Assembly (NCBI GenBank): GCA_951406725.2
Contig: OX597833.1
Span: forward strand, 42,532,001-42,596,000
Origin: Octopus vulgaris
Taxonomy: Eukaryota
Length of the DNA: 64,000 nucleotides
Direction: 5' to 3'
The first letter of the stretch is position 1; every line of letters starts with the position of its first letter. Below the pieces are notes generated by a model. The model was not told the origin of the DNA and did not search any database. It saw nothing but the letters and a program-made list of their open reading frames with translations. Positions 37,220 through 48,419 of the stretch are shown here, in pieces. A program made the translations under genes and the position numbers.

Positions 37220-39383
37220 CTTTTCTAATAATGCTTTCTACTGTGGGTACAAAGCCTGAGATTTTTTGGGAGTGGTAGCTTGTCGATTATATTAATCCCA
37301 ATGCACAGCTGGTACTTATTTCATTGACCCAGAAAGGATGAAAGGCAAAAGTTGACCTCAGCTGAATTTGAACTCAAAACAAAGTTGGATGAAATACTGA
37401 GAAGCATTTTTCCTGGCATACTAACAATTCTGCCAATTTGCTGCCTTTCCGTAATAAACATGATAATGGTTTTAAATTTTGGCTCTAGGCTTGCTATTTT
37501 AGAGGAAAGAGTAAGTTGATTACTTTGTCTCCTGTACTTGAACTGTTACATATTTTATCGACTCCAAAAGGAAAATTTGAACTCAGAACATGGAGACAAA
37601 CAAAAAAAAAACAAAAAAAAAATGCCACAAAGAGTACTTTGGTCTTTAAGGATTCTGCCTGCTTACTTTATCAATAATAATACTAATTCTTTCCAATTTT
37701 GGCTCAAGGCCAGTTATTTAAAGGGACAGGGTTAGTTGGTTACATTGACCTTAGTGCTCAACTCGTACTTATTTTATCGACCCTGAAAGGATGAAAGGCA
37801 AAGTCAACCTCTACAGAATTTGAACTCAGAACTTAAAGATAGATGAAATGCTGCTAACCATTTTCTCTGGCATGCTAATGGTTCTGCCTGCTCACTGCCT
37901 TTGATAATAATTCTTCCTAATTTATGCACACTGTGTGGTATTTATTTTATTGACCTTGAGGCGAGGCTGGCAACGGCCACACGATCAGCATGTAAAAAGC
38001 ACCATCCAATTGTGGCCGTTTGCCAGCCTTGTCTGGCACGTAAAAAGCACCCACTACACTCACGGAATGGTTGGCGTTAGGAAGGGCATCCAGCCGTAGA
38101 AACACTGCCAGATCAGACTGGGCCTGTTGCAGCCTTCTAGCCTCCCAGACCCCAGTCGAACCGTCCAACCCATGCTAGCATGGAAAGCGGACGCTAAACG
38201 ATGATGATGAGGGGATTAAAGACAAAGTTGATCCTGATGGAACTTGAGCTTAGAATGTAAACAGCCAACAGAAATGCCCTGAAGCATTTTTTTAATGTGC
38301 TGACGATTCTGCCACCCAAATAATTGCATTAATAATAATAAAAACATGAACAGAAATATGGTTTGTACGTTGTCCCAAAACATTCCTACTGTGCTCCTCA
38401 TGTCTATACCAAAGCATAATAAGTGGGAGGGCACTTTAGGATAATTTGTAATCATAGATGTACTATATATAGCTGGGTAGTTGGGAAATATCATTGGTCA
38501 GGGTTGATCTGGAGGTAAACAACAGCTGCAATGAAGTCAATTAAAAAAAAAAAACTTGAAAACTGAATTATCTCCCTTAGAGAACACTACCATAGTGGAA
38601 GTATTAAACTGAAACAAACTCATTCAAATCCGGCAGTGTCACTATATGTGTTTTGGAATTTTTGGAAGTGAGGAGTCGATATCCTCCACCATCATCACTA
38701 CAAGAACTGGAGACTGTTTTAGCTGAAGAATGGACAAAAAAAAAATTCCTTTGGAAACAATTAAAAATTTGCACAAGTCCATACCTCATAGAATACAAGC
38801 AGTAATTACTGCCAAAGGTGGTCCTACCCCATATTAAAATAAATTTGTTTGAAATTTAAGGTGTTTCTATTATTTTGTCCAACCCCTGTATATGTATAGG
38901 TATACATGTGGGCTAAAATACTCATATTACTTTTTACTATAATTGTAACATTACAAGCTGTTATTACTGCCAAAGGTGGTCCTACCCCATATTAAAATAA
39001 ATTTGTTTGAAATTTAAGGTGTTTCCATTATTTTGTGCAACCCCTGTATATCTTTATATGTATAGGTATACATGTGGGCTAAAATACTCATATTACTTTT
39101 TACTATAATTGTAACATTACTCTTCCATTTCCATCCTTGAACTTTTGCAGCAGGCAGAAGACCAGAAGGCACGGGAAAAGATGAAAATTAAAGTAAAGGC
39201 AGTTGAAGAGGAGTTTATGAAACTTTTAGAGAAACTTGATGGGACTGTTTTGGAAGCTACAGACTACAGGACCAAACGAAAAGAACTTGTTATGAAAGTT
39301 CAGGTAGATTAAAATTTGTGTATATGAATTGTTTATCATCTGGTCAATTAACACATACACTATATGCTATATAGCCAAGCTTG

Positions 39384-39416
<33 letters not shown>

Positions 39417-39668
39417 TATATATACAAGCTAGTATATATATATATATATATATATGACTCAAAATGTGACTGCGTGTGTACCGTTGGCGATTTTTTTTTC
39501 CTCCGTCTTCCCTTTGGATCTTTCCTTTTCCTATGTTTCTGATGAAGAGCTCCGCTCGAGATGTAAAACCCTCCTTCTTCTCTTCCTTCCTGAGTGTCCA
39601 ATAATACTATATTTGTTCCACGTCCTTGCGTTGTTATGTTTTCTCTTTGTGTTTTTATGTTTGGATTA

Positions 39669-39721
<53 letters not shown>

Positions 39722-40241
39722 TATCTAGTATATATATTTTCTGGCATATAAATTTTGCAGGCCAAAATTTACATCCAAAAAAAAGGTAGGTTGACTTATA
39801 CACCTAAAAAGCTTCAGAACACCAACAATTCCAAGTGAAATACAATAGGATTTGCTAAGATAGGGACAGTGTTTGAGTATTTGCACTATATACTACATCA
39901 ACTTATATGCTACAAAATATGGTTGGTGCAGGCATGGCTACATGGTTAAGGAATTTGCTTCCCAGCTATATGATTTCAGGTTCAATCTCATTGTGCAGTA
40001 CCTTGGGTTAGTGTCTTCTATTATAGCTCGAGGTTGGCCTCTGCCTTGTGAGGTAATTTGTGTATACAAATGCATGGCTGTGTAGTGAGAGGTTTGTTCC
40101 CCACCCACATGGTTCCTGGTTCAGTCTCACTGCATGACACCTTAGATGAGTGCCTTCTACCATAGCTCCAGCTGACAAAAGCCTTGTTAGTGGATTTGGT
40201 TGACAGAAACTGAAAGAAGATTGTCGTATACATACATGCAT

Positions 40242-40295
<54 letters not shown>

Positions 40296-40541
40296 TGGTG
40301 AATGAATTGTCTAATAGATTATACAAAAATGAAAATAACACTGATATCTCATTTTATTTGTTTCAGTCATTTGACTGTGGCCATGCTGGAGCACTGCCTT
40401 TAGTCAAACAAATCGGCCCCAGGACTTATTCTTTGTGAGCCTAGTACTTATCCTATCAGTCTCTTTTGCCGACCTGCTAAGTTACAGAGATGTAAGCACA
40501 CCAACATCAGTTGTCAAGTGATGATGGGGGTACAAACACAG

Positions 40542-40572
<31 letters not shown>

Positions 40573-42549
40573 CATACATACATATATATATGTATATATA
40601 TGTACACACACACACATATATATATGTATGCACACACACACACACACACACACACATTTGTGTGTGTTTATATATACATATTTGTATAAGTTAATATTTA
40701 ACTGTTGGGTATGTTCCTAGTCGTATGCTGATAAAGCACGTTCACTGTCTATGACTACCTGGTGTTCTCTAAAGTGATTACACAATTGTCGCCGGATCTA
40801 CCTCAGGAACTTCTCAGTGCACATTAAGTATAAGACAAATAATAGAGATGGAATGCACAGGAAGCTTTATTGCTTATCAGGATTGCTTCAACTCATCCTG
40901 CATTGATTGCTTGAAAGAAGCTGGTCATAATGTTAATTTCGTTTTTATGAATTGGAATCGGGAACTTGAGTTATAGTGAGTCTTTCATTAGCTGATTACA
41001 CAACCATGGATGCATTGCAGTTACTGTCTTGATAGAGCTTGCTGATCCTAACTGTTGATCTTCTAAGTTTCCTCCACTCAGCATCAACTTAAGGAGCACC
41101 ATTGGCTCAGTTGAGCTTTTCTGCTACCTCTTCACAATCCACCATGCTGCAGTCCCACAACTTTGCTGTATCTCCGGCAAGGTGGATGAACAGGTGCTAT
41201 GCCTTGCCAAAAGGCAGCCCATAACTATACAGGGCGTGGCTGTTACTCAGAGTTGAGCATTGTGATAAGACTGATTCAAAAGTTATGGAATGATATCTGT
41301 TAAAAATTTCAGTAAAGAATATTCCTGTTCCTTTCTTATTTCACCTCCTCAGCGAAATAATGTGTGTGCTTGTATGTGTATCTGTCTGTTGGTCAGTCTG
41401 GTGTCTGTTGGTCAGCCTGTTGGTTAGTTGATCAATCGATAGAGATATAAATTGCGTGTGTGTGTGTGTATGCAAAGTTGAGTGGATAAATTATTGGACT
41501 GATGATGAGCTCACCAATTTTGAGTTCAAATCAGCTGCAGGATTTCCATTATGCAGAACACTTGATTTTACATTACTTCAGTTATAGGTACCGTATCAGC
41601 CAGGAAATTTACCTATTGACTTGTATTTTATCCAGAGACATAAATTTGTGTATTTGTGAAGAAAGTCTCTTTAAGAGAGTGGTTTGTTTTATAGTAATGT
41701 TTACTTTGACTAATTGTATGTTGAACATTGTTTGTCCATTTTGCAATGATTGCACTAATCAACTGCTTGAAATAAACCAAATTTCTCTCAGTTCAAACCC
41801 TACCATCTTATAAAGAGAATTACACATTATATATATATATATATATATAGGTGCAGGAGTGGCTGTGTGGTAAGTAGCTTGCTAACCAACCACATGGTTC
41901 TGGGTTCAGTCCCACTGTGTAGCATCTTGGGCAAGTGTCTTCTGCTATAGCCCCGGGCCGACCAATGCCATGTGAGTGGATTTGGTAGATGGAAACTGTA
42001 AGAAGCCTGTCGTATATATGTATATATACATATATGTGTGTGTGGGGGGGTTTGTGTGTCTGTGTTTGTCCCCCTAGTATTGCTTGACAACCGATGCTGG
42101 TATGTTTACGTCCCCATAACCTAGCGTTTCGGCAAAAGAGACCAATAGAATAAGTACTGGGCTTACAAAGAATAAGTCCCGGGGTCGATTTGATTGACTA
42201 AAGGCAGTGCTCCAGCATGGCCGCAGTCAAATGACTGAAACAAGTAATAGATATATATATATATATATATATATAACGTCACCTTACTGGCACCTGTGCT
42301 GATGGCATGTGTAAAAACATTCGAGCGAGGTCATTGCCAGTACTGCCTGACTGGCCCCCGTGTCGGTGGCACGTAAAAAGCTCCTACTACATTCTCAGAG
42401 TGGTTGGCATTAGGAAGGGCATCTGGCTGTAGAAACTCTGCCAGATCAAGATTGGAGCCTGGTGCAGCCATCTGGTTTGCCAGCCCTCAGTCAAAACCGT
42501 CCAACCCATGCTAGCATGGAAAGCGGATGTTAAACGATGATGAAATGAA

Positions 42550-42594
<45 letters not shown>

Positions 42595-42715
42595 TCTTGA
42601 TAAACTGTTATTGTCTATTTATGATTGATTGCTTTCTTTTTCCATTTTTCAGGGCCTTCTACAACGTTGTGACTGTCTTACTGAAATGTTAAACATCTGT
42701 CCTGCCACCGTGTGA
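20108..42715 (+). CDS. BAG1: BAG family molecular chaperone regulator 1-like; join(20108..20183,28397..28525,30388..30470,33865..33990,39151..39303,42653..42715), 209 aa (200 aa from second ATG at 20135)
   Basis: Six exons with GT-AG junctions and compatible phases (1,1,0,0,0) total 630 nt. Translation gives a ubiquitin-like domain (..AVENVTGVPENRQRLIFKGKSLTDAAQNLSEMGMKEGAIVML) and a BAG domain (..VKAVEEEFMKLLEKLDGTVL..RTKRKELVMKVQGLLQRCD), the BAG1 architecture. Confidence 0.9.
21565..21666 (-). ncRNA. Minimal type I hammerhead ribozyme motif (Penelope-like), long loop II
   Basis: Minus strand: GAC-CUGAGGA-GUGACUAUA..(59 nt)..UAUAGCCAC-GAAA-C-AUAC-G-UA^GUC. Confidence 0.7.
23960..24990 (+). 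mobile_element. RTE-clade LINE 3' fragment (RT C-terminus with Cys-rich PHD-like insert, then 3' UTR)
   Basis: WPCSICRKGVGRNSI..CKLWTHKRC..FVCGRC, then KLEVVDSFHYLGD..IRIAWAKFRKLLPLL..KGRLYNACVRTAMLHSSETW, with stops/frameshifts. Confidence 0.85.
25947..26166. mobile_element. piggyBac-like MITE (same family as 14614-14821)
   Basis: TTAA|CCCTCTCATTAC ... GTAACGAAAGGG|TTAA; body collinear with 14614-14821. Confidence 0.85.
28130..28381 (+). mobile_element. LINE 3' tail (Tx1-like) with AATAAA and (ATT)n end
   Basis: ..gcccttgtggccAATAAAagaatt(att)n resembles the tails at 26830-26870, 48420-48460 and SINE A. Confidence 0.5.
28397..28525 (+). CDS. BAG1: BAG1-like exon 2 (ubiquitin-like domain)
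   Basis: tttcAG|gc acceptor; SKKYNVTLKC..GVPENRQRLIFK; donor aag|GTGAGT. Confidence 0.9.
30388..30470 (+). CDS. BAG1: BAG1-like exon 3
   Basis: ttttAG|ga acceptor; KSLTDAAQNLSEMGMKEGAIVMLMTKA; donor gct|GTGAGT. Confidence 0.9.
30820..31560 (-). mobile_element. RTE LINE relic(s)
   Basis: MRFSKLLPLL..KVKGRLYDACVQIAILQCSETWAL and GRGKPRNTWDEV translations on the minus strand. Confidence 0.75.
33865..33990 (+). CDS. BAG1: BAG1-like exon 4
   Basis: Long T tract + actacAG; IPCKDGETLTKEEEVLL..NVMDFCQ (42 codons); donor caa|GTAAGT. Confidence 0.85.
34165..34591. mobile_element. MITE with ~30-bp TIRs and internal TTAGGG repeats (Mutator-like by TSD length)
   Basis: TIR ggatcttttcggtttgaacagcagttttt / aaaaactgccgttcaaaccgaaaagagcc; 9-bp TSD ttggttcat / gtggttcat; ttaggg x4 at ~34266-34293. 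Confidence 0.8.
34780..34941. repeat. Fold-back palindrome (51-bp perfect inner stem + 25-bp outer stem)
   Basis: 34805-34855 is the exact reverse complement of 34860-34910; outer arms pair with one mismatch across a 6-nt bulge. Confidence 0.95.
38650..38888 (+). mobile_element. Tc1 transposon 3' remnant
   Basis: VRSRYPPPSSLQELETVLAEEWTK..IPLETIKNLHKSIPHRIQAVITAKGGPTPY* followed by TIR end caacccctg|TA. Confidence 0.8.
38794..39120 (+). repeat. Tandem duplication (~158-bp period) spanning the Tc1 end and the intron sequence before BAG1 exon 5
   Basis: tacaagc..attactgccaaaggtggtcc..gtaacattac occurs at 38794 and 38952. Confidence 0.9.
39151..39303 (+). CDS. BAG1: BAG1-like exon 5 (BAG domain)
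   Basis: ttttgcAG acceptor (NAGNAG); QAEDQKAREKMKIKVKAVEEEFMKLLEKLDG..RTKRKELVMKVQ; donor cag|GTAGAT. Confidence 0.9.
39535..39569 (+). ncRNA. Degenerate minimal hammerhead motif within a Penelope-like terminal repeat (~39460-39670)
   Basis: GUUU-CUGAUGA-A-GAGC-ucc-GCUC-GAGA-U-GUA^AAAC; stems I and II intact but the core GAAAC reads GAGAU. Confidence 0.6.
42653..42715 (+). CDS. BAG1: BAG1-like exon 6 (terminal coding part)
   Basis: tttttcAG|ggc; GLLQRCDCLTEMLNICPATV then TGA TGA. Confidence 0.88.
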   Translation, partial: GLLQRCDCLTEMLNICPATV

Positions 42716-44624
42716 TGAGTTTTTGCATAGAGTTTCATCATCGCTCATCTTCTGTTTCTCATCTTATCCACCTTCACGACATTTTGCTCATTTCATTGTG
42801 TTTCTTCCAACTTGTCTTTCCACCCTAATATCTTGAATGTCAGGTAGTTGATAGAATTCCTTCATCATTACTAATTACTTGTTAACCATCTGTTTTGTAT
42901 TAGCATCTGTCTTACGTACATTATGGTGTGCTCCCAAATTTTTAACAGCTAGGACACGTTATTAAAATTTTTAAAGTTGGTCCCTTAAATTACGAATAAA
43001 AATTAACCAAAGCTTTTGTATAAGAAAATTTCTGAATTTAGCCAATCAGTGTTGCTTCATTAATATATATTGATTTTTGGGTAAAATCTGTAACCCAGGG
43101 AAACTGGCGATGGTCTGTGTCAGCTTAAAAATCATTGAATGTGAGGAGCAGAAGATAAGTGAAGTTTATTTTGTGTGAGGCTTGTAGAAGATAATATTTT
43201 ATTGCTTTGGTTGTTTGTTTGAGTGTGAATTGAAGATATAGGATTAGATTTGGTGGGGAGGGTGTTTGCCATGTAAGAGGACTGGTATAAGAGAGTGAGA
43301 AACCAAGGAATTGAGGTGGTGAAGGATAGTAAACATGTCAGATAGAATGATAGATAAACTTAGCTTAAACCCAAGAACAGATACAGTTAAGATAATGTGG
43401 TCAAGGTATATAACAGGAAAAGGAAGAAGAAGGCAGATAGGTGCAATATATAAAACCTTCATAAATAGTTATAGTGATGGGTTATAGTAATGCAGGGAGT
43501 GAAAGGGACTGATGGTATAAGAGTAGAGGCTAAACAACAGAAGATAGAGAAGGAACACACATGCAAATACAGTATTACATTCACACGTACTATCTACAGA
43601 TGTGTATATATATATATATATTCATATTTCTGTGTATCTGCCCAGATAAATAAAGATACTCGTGTACATTTTTTTTTAAATTCTCATTATGGCAAATTAG
43701 CTTTATAAATTTTTTTACACATTTAACATTAAAATGGAAAAGTTTACACGGCAATTAATAATTATATATTTCACTTTTAAATGTGAGAAAGCCAATTAAA
43801 TTTCTACCGCAAGGTGTTATTTGATTCTGTGGCTTGATTGGCTTTCTAACTCCTTTGAGTAGCTCTCTCTTCAGTGTCCAATAAAAACTGGTTTTTATTT
43901 AACAATTAACAACAACAACAACATTCCCAACTGATTCATGATAAGGAGCTCCACTTCTTCACCAACACACACACATCTATATATATATATACCTGTATAC
44001 AAATCTCTATCTCTCTCTCTGTATATATTATATTATTAATTTATATCTATGAATGTATCTTTCTCTCTCTACACACTCTCACACACAAATTGTTTATTGT
44101 ATGTTCTGTCCATAAAGCATTTGCCTGTGGTCTGATGTTATTCTACAGCTTACACTGTTTCATGTTTTGTAGTAACTGTCTACACGAACCTCTCTAATTT
44201 TTAAAAATATTTTTTATTTTTAGAGAGAGTCTATCTTAGAATTAGCAATGTTTATGTAAATTGAAACACTACCACCAAGACACTGGCTCAACAGTGTCTT
44301 GGTAGCAGTGCCTTCTTAGATTGAAACACCCTCACCAAGATGGGAAATTCAGCAGTGTCCCTTTATGTTGAAACACTGTCTACATGTTGACCTATGTCTT
44401 TCTTATTTTGTAACATTGTCTGCTCTGCCACTCCTCAGCATTTCCTTCTTTACCAAACAATGTCTACATCAGGTTCAGCTGTCTCTTCTTATACTGAGAC
44501 ATTGTCTACTGTATAGTCAGCAATATGTCCTTGGTATAAACAATACTCTCTGCTGCCTATACACAGATCACACTGTGTTCATAAATGAATTGTGTATTTT
44601 ATCAACATTGTTTCTTTGTAGACA

Positions 44625-44630
44625 AATAAA
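44625..44630 (+). terminator. Candidate distal polyadenylation signal of the BAG1-like gene (alternatives AATAAA at 42995 and 43880)
   Basis: AATAAA at the end of a ~1.9-kb largely TE-free stretch after the stop, just before repeats resume. Confidence 0.35.
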
Positions 44631-44740
44631 AAAACTGATTAAAAATTGATCTTAAAATGCTAATACATTTTTATCTTTATCTCTACATATGTGTATATAT
44701 TCTTCTGCAATGTGTGTGTGTATCTATATCTATATATCTA

Positions 44741-44835
44741 TATATAATTAGGGTTCAGTAAAAAAATTTACTTTACCACACACCGAACTTTTAGAAATAG
44801 CAGCCAAAATTTTTTTACTGAACCCTAATTATATA
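44741..44835. repeat. 29-bp perfect inverted repeat with 37-bp spacer
   Basis: tatataattagggttcagtaaaaaaattt (44741-69) / aaatttttttactgaaccctaattatata (44807-35). Confidence 0.9.
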
Positions 44836-44945
44836 ACGTAATGTTTTTAATATACCGTAAATGGTCTTTTTACATACTGAACACTTGGTAAAATTATTAA
44901 TTAATAATTAATTAATTTTACTCTTTTATTATTGACAATATATTA

Positions 44946-45014
<69 letters not shown>

Positions 45015-46899
45015 ATTTTTACTTGTTTCAGTCATTGGACTGCAGCCACTTTAAAGATTATAATTTAACAAATTGACCCTAATGTTTATTTTTTAAAATC
45101 GATACTTAATCTATTGGCTTTTTCTTTTTGCTGAATTGCTAAGTTAAAGGGGACATAAACAAACCAACAGAGGTTGTCAACTGGTGAGGGGCACGCACAC
45201 ACACAATGCTTCCACACAGTTTTTGTCTACCAAATTCACTCATAAGGCATTGGCTTATCCAGGACTGTAGAAGACACTTGCTCAAGGTGCCACGTGGCTA
45301 TGTGGTAAGTAGTTTGCTTACGAGCCACATGGTTCCGGGTTCAGTCCCACTGTGTGGTACCTTGGATAAGTGTCTTCTACTATAGCCTCGGGCCGACCAA
45401 AGCCTTGTGAGTGGATTTGGTAGACGGAAACTGAAAGAAGCCTGTTGTATATATATATATGTATGTGCGTGTTTGTGTGTCTGTGTTTGTCCCCCCCAAC
45501 ATTGCTTGACAACCGATGCTGGTGTGTTTACGTCCCCGTAACTTAGTGGTTCGGCAAAAAAGGAGACCGATAAAATAAGTACTAGGCTTACAAAGAATAA
45601 GTCCTGGGGTCGATTTGATCGACTAAAGGCGGTGCTCCAGCATGGCCACAGTCACATGACTGAAACAAGTAAAAGAGTAAAGAGTAAGAGTATATTTGCT
45701 TTTTTATGTGTGTGCGCATGTCTTCATCATCATCATCTTCATCATCATTATCATTTAACGTCTGTTGTCCATGCTAGCATGGGTTGGATGGTTTGACCAG
45801 GTCTGGTAAGCTGAGGGCCTGCACCTCACTCTGGTCTGATTTGGCATGGTTTCTATGGCTGGATGCCCTTCCTAACCCCAGCCACTCTGAGAGTGTAGTA
45901 GGTGCTTTTATGTTCCAGTTGCGTGACACCAGTATCTGCCACGACTACAATTTCACTTGGCTTCAAGAGTCTTCTCCTCGAGCACGGCATATTGCCAAAG
46001 GTCTTGTACATATGTCATTGCCTCCATGAGACCCAACACTCGACAGGTGCTTTTTATGTGCCACCAGCATGGGTGCCAGTTACGTGACACTTGCAGTGTA
46101 TTCATGTATGTGCTTGCGTGATGTGTTATTAAAAATCTGAGTTACAATACTTTGCTTTCAGTATTTTTTTAAAAGGACTTTTCTCAATTTCTTCATATTA
46201 AATGATTTGTGTAGAACAGTACATTCATAAACTCTCTTGACATATCTAGAACTTCCCGGTCTTATCTTGTTGACAAAAGAATTTCATTAACATTATAGGC
46301 GCAAGCATTGCTGTGTGATAAGAAGTTTGCTTACCAACCACATGGTTCTGGGTTTACTCCCAGCATGGCACCTTGGGCAAGTGTCTTCTACTATAGTCTT
46401 GAGCTGACAATACCCTTGTGAGTGGATTTGGTAGATGGAAACTGAAAGAAGCCAGTCATATGTGTGTGTGTGTCTTATGGCTAAGATCATGTATATATAT
46501 ATCTATGTATATATATATCTATGTATATATATATCTATGTATGTGTGTCTATGTCTGTTTGCTCCACCACTTGACAACCAGTGTTGGTGTGTTTACATCC
46601 CCTTGGTGGTTTGGCAAAAAGGACTGATAGAATAAGTACTAGGCTTAAAAAGAAAATAAGTACTAGAGTCGATTAGTTTGACTAAAATTCCTCAAGGCAG
46701 TGCTCCAGCATGGTCACAGTCGAGTGACTGAAACAAGATAAAAGAAGAATTGTTATTATCTTGGTAGGTGAGAATTATAGGAATGATGGTATCTGTTAAT
46801 GAAATTATTTCTGACAGCTGAAGTTACGTTTTCAACTATTACATATCGCCTCAGGTTGTTCCAGGATGTGTATGATGATGTGTTGAGGTTTGCATTATA

Positions 46900-48150
46900 A
46901 ATCATTGCAGATATAACTTTTGAAGCCTACTTACATTTTGTGATGCCCTGCATGTTTTAGGTTCTGTAGAAGGACCAGCCTGCAAACACTGTATCCCACC
47001 TCAATGAGATCACACTTTATTACCATCCATTGTTTCAGCTTAACCCCATTTGTTCAATATTTTTCATTCCCTTTCTCTCATTTTCCTCCTCAATACAGTT
47101 CTAAGGAATAGTAAGTTCTAACAGAACCACCTACTTCAGTGCTTCTGAGATAAACACTGAGTTTGGCCTTAGTCATATTTAGGCACCAGTTTCTGGGAAT
47201 TGAAATTGCTTTCCCAGGTTGACTTTCAGCTCTCTCACTTGCGCCATTGCTAGTAGACCTGGGGAGGTGAATCTGGCCTCATCTTCACGCTAGTGTTGAC
47301 AAAAGTGAATCTTCGTTGGGTAGAGACGCCTGCAATGGCTAATATCACTGTGGATAGTATCTGTTATGGCCTTCAGGACCTGTTCATTCTTCCAGAAGTA
47401 GAAACCTCTCGAGTAGGGCTTTTGGATTACTAATGAGGATGCCCTCCAGGGGCCCTTCTCCTCAGGCATAGAAAGCTAGCTGCTGTATACATTTGGTAGA
47501 TGTCATGAATTTTATCTCTGAGGTTCTGTTCTCTGAGGCTCGAACCACGAGACTTTTCGTGATGCTGTTTTCTTCCACCGTAACCAGAGTCCTGGTGCTG
47601 CATCCCAAATTTCTTGTCACACTCCTCTCCTGTTGACTTGCGCACCTAATACTGAATCAATAATCTCTTCTTTGCACCTTGTTATGGCAAGGTGTGCCTG
47701 TGTGTGTATCTATCCTGAGCCCTCCTTCCACAAGGTACGGCTCTGCTGCTGCAACAGCTTCCACTGTTCTCTACTTCCAATTGTTTTGTTCCTGAGCACC
47801 AACCGGAGTGACTTTCGGTTCGCAATAATCACAGTGTTGCAGTGCTTCCTCAACGCAATACGAATTCTCTCAAGTTATTGAGGAATATCTTTAACTTGTT
47901 ACTCTGTCGATACTCGGTGATGATGTACTGGCTCCTTGGAATTACCAGCCATTTCCACAGAGACATATTGACTGTCATCTCAAAGCTTCTAATGTAGATA
48001 TACAAAGAGTGGTTAAAGAATCCATGGAAGGATTCTTTAACCACTGGTAAATCCAGACCTTAAACTCGTTTACTGTGAGTAGCCAGGATTCCAATTCTTG
48101 GTTAGTTTCGGAGTTGAGTGTCAGTGTGACATCTTATAGCTTTGTCAGAA
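46900..48150 (-). mobile_element. Degenerate HERO/NeSL-type (restriction-like endonuclease) non-LTR retrotransposon
   Basis: Minus-strand broken translations FKVWIYQ..SLWKWLVIPRS..SNKL, GPLEGILISNPKAL..FWKNEQVLKAITD and ELKVNLGKQFQFP..LRPNSVFISEALK*VVLLELTIP match the post-RT, CCHC and PD-(D/E)xK regions typical of this group. Confidence 0.7.
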
Positions 48151-48419
48151 ACGTTTGAGAAAAGTGCTTCTATATATAATTGCAGACATACAGACACAGA
48201 TAATGCACTGAGATATATACATTTTCTGAAGGTTGTCTAGGTATAGCAGGATTAATTTATACAAAAACTGCGCATTTACAACATATTTAATACATTTCGT
48301 GCAAAAGTTACAAATGTACATAAGTATTATTATTCACTTTCACTACAAAAGCTCCTAAAGAACTATATTTCTTGTATTGATAAGAGGCAGCACCGATATA
48401 CCTTGGTCTTTCTTAAGTT

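Noticed and set aside
41499-41539. Possible further hammerhead (CUGAUGA + 7-8-bp hairpin + AAAUCAGCUGCA)
   Set aside because: Three core deviations and no stem I pairing; cannot be distinguished from chance.
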